A stretch of DNA of 64,000 nucleotides, taken from Auanema rhodensis. Its lineage: Eukaryota > Animalia > Nematoda. A model generated the notes under the pieces. That model was not told the DNA's origin and did not search any database. It worked only from the letters and a program-made list of their open reading frames with translations. Location of the stretch: NCBI GenBank assembly GCA_964057225.1, contig OZ059896.1, forward strand, positions 22,754,001-22,818,000, in the 5' to 3' direction. Position 1 is the first letter of the stretch. Each line of letters opens with the position of its first letter. The translations under genes and the position numbers were made by a program. Shown piece after piece: positions 23,401 to 37,500 of the stretch.

Positions 23401-26400
23401 AGAGATGCGGTTTTCAAAATTAGATTCCCCATGTCCATTTTAGTCTAAAAACAAATTTTTATTGATATTGGTTCATGGTAACCATGTTTTTGAAATTTAC
23501 GTGAACTTTAATTTATGCTAATTAAATGTACACGTGATGTGCACTTGGTATGTAACTCGCTTCACGTGAAAGATAAAGAGATGCGGTTTTCAAAATTAGA
23601 TTCCCCATGTCCATTTTAGTCTAAAAACAAATTTTTATTGATATTGGTTTATGGTAACCATATCTTTGAAATTTACGTGAACTTTAATTTATGCTAATTA
23701 AATGTACACGTGATGTGCACTTGGTATGTAACTCGCTTCACGTGAAAGATAAAGAGATGCGGTTTTCAAAATTAGATTCCCCATGTCCATATTAGTCTAA
23801 AAACAAATTTTTATTGATATTGGTTTATGGTAACCATATCTTTGAAATTTACGTGAACTTTAATTTATGCTAATTAAATGTACACGTGATGTGCTCTTGG
23901 TATGTAACTCGCTTCACGTGAAAGATAAAGAGATGCGGTTTTCAAAATTAGATTCCCCATGTCCATTTTAGTCTAAAAACAAATTTTTATTGATATTGGT
24001 TTATGGTAACCATATCTTTGAAATTTACGTGAACTTTAATTTATGCTAATTAAATGTACACGTGATGTGCACTTGGTATGTAACTCGCTTCACGTGAAAG
24101 ATAAAGAGATGCGGTTTTCAAAATTAGATTCCCCATGTCCATTTTAGTCTAAAAACAAATTTTTATTGATATTGGTTTATGGTAACCATATCTTTGAAAT
24201 TTACGTGAACTTTAATTTATGCTAATTAAATGTACACGTGATGTGCACTTGGTATGTAACTCGCTTCACGTGAAAGATAAAGAGATGCGGTTTTCAAAAT
24301 TAGATTCCCCATGTCCATATTAGTCTAAAAACAAATTTTTATTGATATTGGTTTATGGTAACCATATCTTTGAAATTTACGTGAACTTTAATTTATGCTA
24401 ATTAAATGTACACGTGATGTGCTCTTGGTATGTAACTCGTTTCACGTGAAAGATAAAGAGATGCGGTTTTCAAAATTAGATTCCCCATGTCCATTTTAGT
24501 CTAAAAACAAATTTTTATTGATATTGGTTCATGGTAACCATGTTTTTGAAATTTACGTGAACTTTAATTTATGCTAATTAAATGTACACGTGATGTGCAC
24601 TTGGTATGTAACTCGCTTCACGTGAAAGATAAAGAGATGCGGTTTTCAAAATTAGATTCCCCATGTCCATTTTAGTCTAAAAACAAATTTTTATTGATAT
24701 TGGTTTATGGTAACCATATCTTTGAAATTTACGTGAACTTTAATTTATGCTAATTAAATGTACACGTGATGTGCACTTGGTATGTAACTCGCTTCACGTG
24801 AAAGATAAAGAGATGCGGTTTTCAAAATTAGATTCCCCATGTCCATATTAGTCTAAAAACAAATTTTTATTGATATTGGTTTATGGTAACCATATCTTTG
24901 AAATTTACGTGAACTTTAATTTATGCTAATTAAATGTACACGTGATGTGCTCTTGGTATGTAACTCGCTTCACGTGAAAGATAAAGAGATGCGGTTTTCA
25001 AAATTAGATTCCCCATGTCCATTTTAGTCTAAAAACAAATTTTTATTGATATTGGTTTATGGTAACCATATCTTTGAAATTTACGTGAACTTTAATTTAT
25101 GCTAATTAAATGTACACGTGATGTGCACTTGGTATGTAACTCGCTTCACGTGAAAGATAAAGAGATGCGGTTTTCAAAATTAGATTCCCCATGTCCATTT
25201 TAGTCTAAAAACAAATTTTTATTGATATTGGTTTATGGTAACCATATCTTTGAAATTTACGTGAACTTTAATTTATGCTAATTAAATGTACACGTGATGT
25301 GCTCTTGGTATGTAACTCGCTTCACGTGAAAGATAAAGAGATGCGGTTTTCAAAATTAGATTCCCCATGTCCATTTTAGTCTAAAAACAAATTTTTATTG
25401 ATATTGGTTCATGGTAACCATGTTTTTGAAATTTACGTGAACTTTAATTTATGCTAATTAAATGTACACGTGATGTGCACTTGGTATGTAACTCGCTTCA
25501 CGTGAAAAATAAAGAGATGCGGTTTTCAAAATTAGATTCCCCATGTCCATATTAGTCTAAAAACAAATTTTTATTGATATTGGTTCATGGTAACCATGAC
25601 TTTGAAATTTACGTGAACTTTAATTTATGCTAATTAAATGTACACGTGATGTGCACTTGGTATGTAACTCGCTTCACGTGAAAGATAAAGAGATGCGGTT
25701 TTCAAAATTAGATTCCCCATGTCCATATTAGTCTAAAAACAAATTTCTATTGATATTGGTTTATGGTAACCATGTCTTTGAAATTTACGTGAACTTTAAT
25801 TTATGCTAATTAAATGTACACGTGATGTGCACTTGGTATGTAACTCGCTTCACGTGAAAAATAAAAAGATGCGGTTTTCAAAATTAGATTCCCCATGTCC
25901 ATATCAGTCTAAAAACAAATTTTTATTAATATTGGTTCATGGTAACCATGTCTTTGAAATTTACGTGAACTTTAATTTATGCTAATTAAATGTACACGTG
26001 ATGTGCACTTGGTATGTAACTCGCTTCACGTGAAAGATAAAAAGATGCAGTTTTCAAAATTAGATTCCCCATGTCCATATTAGTCTAAAAACAAATTTTT
26101 ATTGATATTGGTTCATGGTAACCATGTCTTTGAAATTTACGTGAACTTTAATTTATGCTAATTAAATGTACACGTGATGTGCACTTGGTATGTAACTCGC
26201 TTCACGTGAAAAATAAAGAGATGCGGTTTCCAAAATTAGATTCCCCCTGTCCATATTAGTCTAAAAACAAATTTTTATTAATATTGGTTCATGGTAACCA
26301 TGACTTTGAAATTTACGTGAACTTTAATTTATGCTAATTAAATGTACACGTGATGTGCACTTGGTATGTAACTCGCTTCACGTGAAAGATAAAGAGATGC

Positions 26401-27631
26401 GGTTTTCAAAATTAGATTCCCCATGTCCATATTAGTCTAAAAACAAATTTTTATTAATATTGGTTCATGGTAACCATGACTTTGAAATTTACGTGAACTT
26501 TAATTTATGCTAATTAAATGTACACGTGATGTGCACTTGGTATGTAACTCGCTTAACGTGAAAGATAAAGAGATGCGGTTTTCAAATTTAGATTCCCCAT
26601 GTCCATATTAGTCTAAAAACAAATTTTTATTAATATTGGTTCATGGTAACCATGACTTTGAAATTTACGTGAACTTTAATTTATGCTAATTAAATGTACA
26701 CGTGATGTGCACTTGGTATGTAACTCGCTTCACGTGAAAGATAAAGAGATGCGGTTTTTAAAATTAGATTCCCCATGTCCATATTAGTCTAAAAACAAAT
26801 TTCTATTGATATTGGTTTATGGTAACCATATCTTTGAAATTTACGTGAACTTTAATTTATGCTAATTAAATGTACACGTGATGTGCACTTGGTATGTAAC
26901 TCGCTTCACGTGAAAGATAAAGAGATGCGGTTTTCAAAATTAGATTCCCCATGTCCATATTAGTCTAAAAACAAATTTTTATTGATATTGGTTCATGGTA
27001 ACCATGTCTTTGAAATTTACGTGAACTTTAATTTATGCTAATTAAATGTACACGTGATGTGCACTTGGTATGTAACTCGCTTCACGTGAAAGATAAAAAG
27101 ATGCAATTTTCAAAATTAGATTCCCCATGTCCATATTAGTCTAAAAACAAATTTTTATTGATATTGGTTCATGGTAACCATGTCTTTGAAATTTACGTGA
27201 ACTTTAATTTATGCTAATTAAATCTACACGTGATGTGCACTTGGTATGTAACTCGCTTCACGTGAAAAATAAAGAGATGCGGTTTTCAAAATTAGATTCC
27301 CCATGTCCATATTAGTCTAAAAACAAATTTTTATTAATATTGGTTCATGGTAACCATGACTTTGAAATTTACGTGAACTTTAATTTATGCTAATTAAATC
27401 TACACGTGATGTGCACTTGGTATGTAACTCGCTTCACGTGAAAAATTAAGAGATGCGGTTTTCAAAATTAAATTCCCCATGTCCATATTAGTCTAAAAAC
27501 AAATTTTTATTAATATTGGTTCATGGTAACCATGACTTTGAAATTTACGTGAACTTTAATTTATGCTAATTAAATGTACACGTGATGTGCACTTGGTATG
27601 TAACTCGCTTCACGTGAAAGATAAAGAGATG

Positions 27632-30600
27632 TGGTTTTCAAAATTAGATTCCCCATGTCCATATTAGTCTAAAAACAAATTTTTATTAATATTGGTTCAT
27701 GGTAACCATGACTTTGAAATTTACGTGAACTTTAATTTATGCTAATTAAATGTACACGTGATGTGCACTTGGTATGTAACTCGCTTCACGTGAAAGATAA
27801 AAAGATGCAGTTTTCAAAATTAGATTCCCCATGTCCATATTAGTCTAAAAACAAATTTTTATTGATATTGGTTCATGGTAACCATGACTTTGAAATTTAC
27901 GTGAACTTTAATTTATGCTAATTAAATGTACACGTGATGTGCACTTGGTATGTAACTCGCTTCACGTGAAAGATAAAGAGATGCGGTTTTCAAAATTAGA
28001 TTCCCCATGTCCATATTAGTCTAAAATCAAATTTCTATTGATATTGGTTTATGGTAACCATGTCTTTGAAATTTACGTGAACTTTAATTTATGCTAATTA
28101 AATGTACACGTGATGTGCACTTGGTATGTAACTCGCTTCACGTGAAAAATAAAGAGATGCGGTTTTCAAAATTAGATTCCCCATGTCCATATTAGTCTAA
28201 AAACAAATTTTTATTAATATTGGTTCATGGTAACCATGTCTTTGAAATTTACGTGAACTTTAATTTATGCTAATTAAATGTACACGTGATGTGCACTTGG
28301 TATGTAACTCGCTTCACGTGAAAGATGAAGAGATGCGGTTTTCAAAATTAGATTCCCCATGTCCATATTAGTTTAAAAACAAATTTTTATTGATATTGGT
28401 TCATGGTAACCATGACTTTGAAATTTACGTGAACTTTAATTTATGCTAATTAAATGTACACGTGATGTGCACTTGGTATGTAACTCGCTTCACGTGAAAG
28501 ATAAAGAGATGCGGTTTTCAAAATTAGATTCCCCATGTCCATATTAGTCTAAAAACAAATTTTTATTGATATTGGTTCATGGTAACCATGACTTTGAAAT
28601 TTACGTGAACTTTAATTTATGCTAATTAAATGTACACGTGATGTGCACTTGGTATGTAACTCGCTTCACGTGAAAGATAAAGAGATGCGGTTTTCAAAAT
28701 TAGATTTCCCATGTCCATATTAGTCTAAAAACAAATTTCTATTGATATTGGTTCATGGTAACCATGACTTTGAAATTTACGTGAACTTTAATTTATGCTA
28801 ATTAAATGTACACGTGATGTGCACTTGGTATGTAACTCGCTTCACGTGAAAGATAAAGAGATGCGGTTTTCAAAATTAGATTCCCCATGTCCATATTAGT
28901 CTAAAAACAAATTTTTATTAATATTGGTTCATGGTAACCATGACTTTGAAATTTACGTGAACTTTAATTTATGCTAATTAAATGTACACGTGATGTGCAC
29001 TTGGTATGTAACTCGCTTCACGTGTAAGATAAAGAGATGCGGTTTTCAAAATTAGATTCCCCATGTCCATATTAGTCTAAAAACAAATTTTTATTGATAT
29101 TGGTTCATGGTAACCATGACTTTGAAATTTACGTGAACTTTAATTTATGCTAATTAAATGTACACGTGATGTGCACTTGGTATGTAACTCGCTTCACGTG
29201 AAAGATAAAGAGATGCGGTTTTCAAAATTAGATTCCCCATGTCCATATTAGTCTAAAAACAAATTTCTATCGATATTGGTTTATGGTAACCATGTCTTTG
29301 AAATTTACGTGAACTTTAATTTATGCTAATTAAATGTACACGTGATGTGCACTTGGTATGTAACTCGCTTCACGTAAAAGATGAAGAGATGAGGTTTTCA
29401 AAATTAGATTCCCCATGTCCATATTAGTTTAAAAACAAATTTTTATTGATATTGGTTCATGGTAACCATGTCTTTGAAATTTACGTGAACTTTAATTTAT
29501 GCTAATTAAATGTACACGTGATGTGCTCTTGGTATGTAACTCGCTTCACGTGAAAGATAAAGAGATGCGGTTTTCAAAATTAGATTCCCCATGTCCATAT
29601 TAGTCTAAAAACAAATTTTTATTAATATTGGTTCATGGTAACCATGACTTTGAAATTTACGTGAACTTTAATTTATGCTAATTAAATGTACACGTGATGT
29701 GCACTTGGTATGTAACTCGCTTCACGTGAAAGATAAAAAGATGCAGTTTTCAAAATTAGATTCCCCATGTCCATATTAGTCTAAAAACAAATTTTTATTG
29801 ATATTGGTTCATGGTAACCATGACTTTGAAATTTACGTGAACTTTAATTTATGCTAATTAAATGTACACGTGATGTGCACTTGGTATGTAACTCGCTTCA
29901 CGTGAAAGATAAAGAGATGCGGTTTTCAAAATTAGATTCCCCATGTCCATATTAGTCTAAAAACAAATTTCTATTGATATTGGTTTATGGTAACCATGTC
30001 TTTGAAATTTACGTGAACTTTAATTTATGCTAATTAAATGTACACGTGATGTGCACTTGGTATGTAACTCGCTTCACGTGAAAAATAAAGAGATGCGGTT
30101 TTCAAAATTAGATTCCCCATGTCCATATTAGTCTAAAAACAAATTTTTTTTAATATTGGTTCATGGTAACCATGTCTTTGAAATTTACGTGAACTTTAAT
30201 TTATGCTAATTAAATGTACACGTGATGTGCACTTGGTATGTAACTCGCTTCACGTGAAAGATGAAGAGATGCGGTTTTCAAAATTAGATTCCCCATGTCC
30301 ATATTAGTTTAAAAACAAATTTTTATTGATATTGGTTCATGGTAACCATGACTTTGAAATTTACGTGAACTTTAATTTATGCTAATTAAATGTACACGTG
30401 ATGTGCACTTGGTATGTAACTCGCTTCACGTGAAAGATAAAGAGATGCGGTTTTCAAAATTAGATTCCCCATGTCCATATTAGTCTAAAAACAAATTTTT
30501 ATTGATATTGGTTCATGGTAACCATGACTTTGAAATTTACGTGAACTTTAATTTATGCTAATTAAATGTACACGTGATGTGCACTTGGTATGTAACTCGC

Positions 30601-31503
30601 TTCACGTGAAAGATAAAGAGATGCGGTTTTCAAAATTAGATTTCCCATGTCCATATTAGTCTAAAAACAAATTTCTATTGATATTGGTTCATGGTAACCA
30701 TGACTTTGAAATTTACGTGAACTTTAATTTATGCTAATTAAATGTACACGTGATGTGCACTTGGTATGTAACTCGCTTCACGTGAAAGATAAAGAGATGC
30801 GGTTTTCAAAATTAGATTCCCCATGTCCATATTAGTCTAAAAACAAATTTTTATTAATATTGGTTCATGGTAACCATGACTTTGAAATTTACGTGAACTT
30901 TAATTTATGCTAATTAAATGTACACGTGATGTGCACTTGGTATGTAACTCGCTTCACGTGTAAGATAAAGAGATGCGGTTTTCAAAATTAGATTCCCCAT
31001 GTCCATATTAGTCTAAAAACAAATTTTTATTGATATTGGTTCATGGTAACCATGACTTTGAAATTTACGTGAACTTTAATTTATGCTAATTAAATGTACA
31101 CGTGATGTGCACTTGGTATGTAACTCGCTTCACGTGAAAGATAAAGAGATGCGGTTTTCAAAATTAGATTCCCCATGTCCATATTAGTCTAAAAACAAAT
31201 TTCTATCGATATTGGTTTATGGTAACCATGTCTTTGAAATTTACGTGAACTTTAATTTATGCTAATTAAATGTACACGTGATGTGCACTTGGTATGTAAC
31301 TCGCTTCACGTAAAAGATGAAGAGATGCGGTTTTCAAAATTAGATTCCCCATGTCCATATTAGTTTAAAAACAAATTTTTCTTGATATTGGTTCATGGTA
31401 ACCATGTCTTTGAAATTTACGTGAACTTTAATTTATGCTAATTAAATGTACACGTGATGTGCTCTTGGTATGTAACTCGCTTCACGTGAAAGATAAAGAG
31501 ATG
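27632..31503. repeat. Local higher-order duplication, 11-monomer period (1936 bp)
   Basis: gattTccc at 28707/30643, cacgtgTaag at 29025/30961 and atCgat at 29271/31207 are all offset by 1936. Confidence 0.85.
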
Positions 31504-34500
31504 CGGTTTTCAAAATTAGATTCCCCATGTACATATTAGTCTAAAAACAAATTTTTATTGATATTGGTGCATGGTAACCATGACTTTGAAATTTACGTGA
31601 ACTTTAATTTATGCTAATTAAATGTACACGTGATGTGCACTTGGTATGTAACTCGCTTCACGTGAAAGATGAAGAGATGCGGTTTTCAAAAGTAGATTCC
31701 CCATGTCCATATTAGTCTAAAAACAAATTTTTATTGATATTGGTGCATGGTAACCATGACTTTGAAATTTACGTGAACTTTAATTTATGCTAATTAAATG
31801 TACACGTGATGTGCACTTGGTATGTAACTCGCTTCACGTGAAAGATAAAGAGATGCGGTTTTCAAAATTAGATTCCCCATGTCCATATTAGTCTAAAAAC
31901 AAATTTCTATTGATATTGGTTTATGGTAACCATATCTTTGAAATTTACGTGAACTTTAATTTATGCTAATTAAATGTACACGTGATGTGCACTTGGTATG
32001 TAACTCGCTTCACGTGAAAGATAAAGAGATGCGGTTTTCAAAATTAGATTCCCCATGTCCATATTAGTCTAAAAACAAATTTTTATTGATATTGGTTCAT
32101 GGTAACCATGTCTTTGAAATTTACGTGAACTTTAATTTATGCTAATTAAATGTACACGTGATGTGCACTCGGTATGTAACTCGCTTCACGTGAAAAATAA
32201 AGAGATGCGGTTTCCAAAATTAGATTCCCCATGTCCATATTAGTCTAAAAACAAATTTTTATTAATATTGGTTCATGGTAACCATGTCTTTGAAATTTAC
32301 GTGAACTTTAATTTATGCTAATTAAATGTACACGTGATGTGCACTTGGTATGTAACTCGCTTCACGTGAAAGATAAAAAGATGCAGTTTTCAAAATTAGA
32401 TTCCCCATGTCCATATTAGTCTAAAAACAAATTTTTATTGATATTGGTTCATGGTAACCATGACTTTGAAATTTACGTGAACTTTAATTTATGCTAATTA
32501 AATGTACACGTGATGTGCACTTGGTATGTAACTCGCTTCACGTGAAAGATAAAGAGATGCGGTTTTCAAAATTAGATTCCCCATGTCCATATTAGTCTAA
32601 AAACAAATTTCTATTGATATTGGTTTATGGTAACCATGACTTTGAAATTCACGTGAACTTCAATTTATGCTAATTAAATGTACACGTGATGTGCACTTGG
32701 TATGAAACTCGCTTCCCGTGAAAGATAAAGAGATGCGGTTTTCAAAATTAGATTCCCCAAGTCCATATTAGTCTAAAAACAATATTTTATTGATATTGGT
32801 GCATGGTAACCATGTCTTTGAAATTTACGTGAACTTTAATTTATGCTAATTAAATGTACACGTGATGTGCACTTGGTATGTAACTCGCTTCACGTGAAAA
32901 ATAAAGAGATGCGGTTTTCAAAATTAGATTCCCCATGTCCATATTAGTCTAAAAACAAATTTTTATTAATATTGGTTCATGGTAACCATGTCTTTGAAAT
33001 TTACGTGAACTTTAATTTATGCTAATTAAATGTACACGTGATGTGCACTTGGTATGTAACTCGCTTCACGTAAAAGATGAAGAGATGCGGTTTTCAAAAT
33101 TAGATTCCCCATGTCCATATTAGTTTAAAAACAAATTTTTATTGATATTGGTTCATGGTAACCATGTCTTTGAAATTTACGTGAACTTTAATTTATGCTA
33201 ATTAAATGTACACGTGATGTGCACTCGGTATGTAACTCGCTTCACGTGAAAAATAAAGAGATGCGGTTTTCAAAATTAGATTCCCCATGTCCATATTAGT
33301 CTAAAAACAAATTTTTATTAATATTGGTTCATGGTAACCATGTCTTTGAAATTTACGTGAACTTTAATTTATGCTAATTAAATGTACACGTGATGTGCAC
33401 TTGGTATGTAACTCGCTTCACGTGAAAGATAAAAAGATGCAGTTTTCAAAATTAGATTCCCCATGTCCATATTAGTCTAAAAACAAATTTTTATTGATAT
33501 TGGTTCATGGTAACCATGACTTTGAAATTTACGTGAACTTTAATTTATGCTAATTAAATGTACACGTGATGTGCACTTGGTATGTAACTCGCTTCACGTG
33601 AAAGATAAAGAGATGCGGTTTTCAAAATTAGATTCCCCATGTCCATATTAGTCTAAAAACAAATTTCTATTGATATTGGTTTATGGTAACCATGTCTTTG
33701 AAATTTACGTGAACTTTAATTTATGCTAATTAAATGTACACGTGATGTGCACTTGGTATGTAACTCGCTTCACGTGAAAAATAAAGAGATGCGGTTTTCA
33801 AAATTAGATTCCCCATGTCCATATTAGTCTAAAAACAAATTTTTATTAATATTGGTTCATGGTAACCATGTCTTTGAAATTTACGTGAACTTTAATTTAT
33901 GCTAATTAAATGTACACGTGATGTGCACTTGGTATGTAACTCGCTTCACGTGAAAGATGAAGAGATGCGGTTTTCAAAATTAGATTCCCCATGTCCATAT
34001 TAGTTTAAAAACAAATTTTTATTGATATTGGTTCATGGTAACCATGACTTTGAAATTTACGTGAACTTTAATTTATGCTAATTAAATGTACACGTGATGT
34101 GCACTTGGTATGTAACTCGCTTCACGTGAAAGATAAAGAGATGCGGTTTTCAAAATTAGATTCCCCATGTCCATATTAGTCTAAAAACAAATTTTTATTG
34201 ATATTGGTTCATGGTAACCATGACTTTGAAATTTACGTGAACTTTAATTTATGCTAATTAAATGTACACGTGATGTGCACTTGGTATGTAACTCGCTTCA
34301 CGTGAAAGATAAAGAGATGCGGTTTTCAAAATTAGATTTCCCATGTCCATATTAGTCTAAAAACAAATTTCTATTGATATTGGTTAATGGTAACCATGAC
34401 TTTGAAATTTACGTGAACTTTAATTTATGCTAATTAAATGTACACGTGATGTGCACTTGGTATGTAACTCGCTTCACGTGAAAGATAAAGAGATGCGGTT

Positions 34501-37500
34501 TTCAAAATTAGATTCCCCATGTCCATATTAGTCTAAAAACAAATTTTTATTGATATTGGTTCATGGTAACCATGACTTTGAAATTTACGTGAACTTTAAT
34601 TTATGCTAATTAAATGTACACGTGATGTGCACTTGGTATGTAACTCGCTTCACGTGTAAGATAAAGAGATGCGGTTTTCAAAATTAGATTCCCCATGTCC
34701 ATATTAGTCTAAAAACAAATTTTTATTGATATTGGTTCATGGTAACCATGACTTTGAAATTTACGTGAACTTTAATTTATGCTAATTAAATGTACACGTG
34801 ATGTGCACTTGGTATGTAACTCGCTTCACGTGAAAGATAAAGAGATGCGGTTTTCAAAATTAGATTCCCCATGTCCATATTAGTCTAAAAACAAATTTCT
34901 ATCGATATTGGTTTATGGTAACCATGTCTTTGAAATTTACGTGAACTTTAATTTATGCTAATTAAATGTACACGTGATGTGCACTTGGTATGTAACTCGC
35001 TTCACGTGAAAGATAAAGAGATGCGGTTTTCAAAATTAGATTCCCCATGTCCATATTAGTCTAAAAACAAATTTTTATTGATATTGGTTCATGGTAACCA
35101 TGTCTTTGAAATTTACGTGAACTTTAATTTATGCTAATTAAATGTACACGTGATGTGCTCTTGGTATGTAACTCGCTTCACGTGAAAGATAAAGAGATGC
35201 GGTTTTCAAAATTAGATTCCCCATGTACATATTAGTCTAAAAACAAATTTTTATTGATATTGGTGCATGGTAACCATGACTTTGAAATTTACGTGAACTT
35301 TAATTTATGCTAATTAAATGTACACGTGATGTGCACTTGGTATGTAACTCGCTTCACGTGAAAGATGAAGAGATGCGGTTTTCAAAAGTAGATTCCCCAT
35401 GTACATATTAGTCTAAAAACAAATTTTTATTGATATTGGTGCATGGTAACCATGACTTTGAAATTTACGTGAACTTTAATTTATGCTAATTAAATGTACA
35501 CGTGATGTGCACTTGGTATGTAACTCGCTTCACGTGAAAGATGAAGAGATGCGGTTTTCAAAAGTAGATTCCCCATGTACATATTAGTCTAAAAACAAAT
35601 TTTTATTGATATTGGTGCATGGTAACCATGACTTTGAAATTTACGTGAACTTTAATTTATGCTAATTAAATGTACACGTGATGTGCTCTTGGTATGTAAC
35701 TCGCTTCACGTGAAAGATAAAGAGATGCGGTTTTCAAAATTAGATTCTTCATGTACATATTAGTCTAAAAACAAATTTTTATTGATATTGGTGCATGGTA
35801 ACCATGACTTTGAAATTTACGTGAACTTTAATTTATGCTAATTAAATGTACACGTGATGTGCACTTGGTATGTAACTCGCTTCACGTGAAAGATGAAGAG
35901 ATGCGGTTTTCAAAAGTAGATTCCCCATGTACATATTAGTCTAAAAACAAATTTTTATTGATATTGGTGCATGGTAACCATGACTTTGAAATTTACGTGA
36001 ACTTTAATTTATGCTAATTAAATGTACACGTGATGTGCACTTGGTATGTAACTCGCTTCACGTGAAAGATGAAGAGATGCGGTTTTCAAAAGTAGATTCC
36101 CCATGTCCATATTAGTCTAAAAACAAATTTTTATTGATATTGGTGCATGGTAACCATGACTTTGAAATTTACGTGAACTTTAATTTATGCTAATTAAATG
36201 TACACGTGATGTGCACTTGGTATGTAACTCGCTTCACGTGAAAGATAAAGAGATGCGGTTTTCAAAATTAGATTCCCCATGTCCATATTAGTCTAAAAAC
36301 AAATTTCTATTGATATTGGTTTATGGTAACCATATCTTTGAAATTTACGTGAACTTTAATTTATGCTAATTAAATGTACACGTGATGTGCACTTGGTATG
36401 TAACTCGCTTCACGTGAAAGATGAAGAGATGCGGTTTTCAAAATTAGATTCCCCATGTCCATATTAGTTTAAAAACAAATTTTTATTGATATTGGTTCAT
36501 GGTAACCATGACTTTGAAATTCACGTGAACTTTAATTTATGCTAATTAAATGTACACGTGATGTGCACTTGGTATGTAACTCGCTTCACGTGAAAGATAA
36601 AGAGATGCGGTTTTCAAAATTAGATTTCCCATGTCCATATTAGTCTAAAAACAAATTTCTATTGATATTGGTTCATGGTAACCATGACTTTGAAATTTAC
36701 GTGAACTTTAATTTATGCTAATTAAATGTACACGTGATGTGCACTTGGTATGTAACTCGCTTCACGTGAAAGATAAAGAGATGCGGTTTTCAAAATTAGA
36801 TTCCCCATGTCCATATTAGTCTAAAAACAAATTTTTATTGATATTGGTTCATGGTAACCATGACTTTGAAATTTACGTGAACTTTAATTTATGCTAATTA
36901 AATGTACACGTGATGTGCACTTGGTATGTAACTCGCTTCACGTGAAAGATAAAGAGATGCGGTTTTCAAAATTAGATTCCCCATGTCCATATTAGTCTAA
37001 AAACAAATTTTTATTGATATTGGTTCATGGTAACCATGACTTTGAAATTTACGTGAACTTTAATTTATGCTAATTAAATGTACACGTGATGTGCACTTGG
37101 TATGTAACTCGCTTCACGTGAAAGATACAGAGATGCGGTTTTCAAAATTAGATTCCCCATGTCCATATTAGTCTAAAAACAAATTTTTATTAATATTGGT
37201 TCATGGTAACCATGTCTTTGAAATTTACGTGAACTTTAATTTATGCTAATTAAATGTACACGTGATGTGCACTTGGTATGTAACTCGCTTCACGTGAAAG
37301 ATAAAGAGATGCGGTTTTCAAAATTAGAATTCCCATGTCCATATTAGTCTAAAAACAAATTTTTATTGATATTGGTTCATGGTAACCATGACTTTGAAAT
37401 TTACGTGAACTTTAATTTATGCTAATTAAATGTACACGTGATGTGCACTTGGTATGTAACTCGCTTCACGTGAAAGATAAAGAGATGCGGTTTTCAAAAT

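Noticed and set aside
25803-25985. 60-aa ORF from the ORF track
   Set aside because: It is simply one monomer length of satellite. A private T->C at 25905 converts the TAG (m34-36) present in the other copies to CAG. There is no recognisable protein similarity or gene context. The frame has only this one internal stop in consensus monomers, but nothing supports readthrough or translation.
26247-28027. Cluster of singleton substitutions (e.g. 26247, 26555, 26587, 27106, 27447, 27471, 28027)
   Set aside because: Singletons cannot be told apart from base-calling errors without reads, and no pattern was evident.
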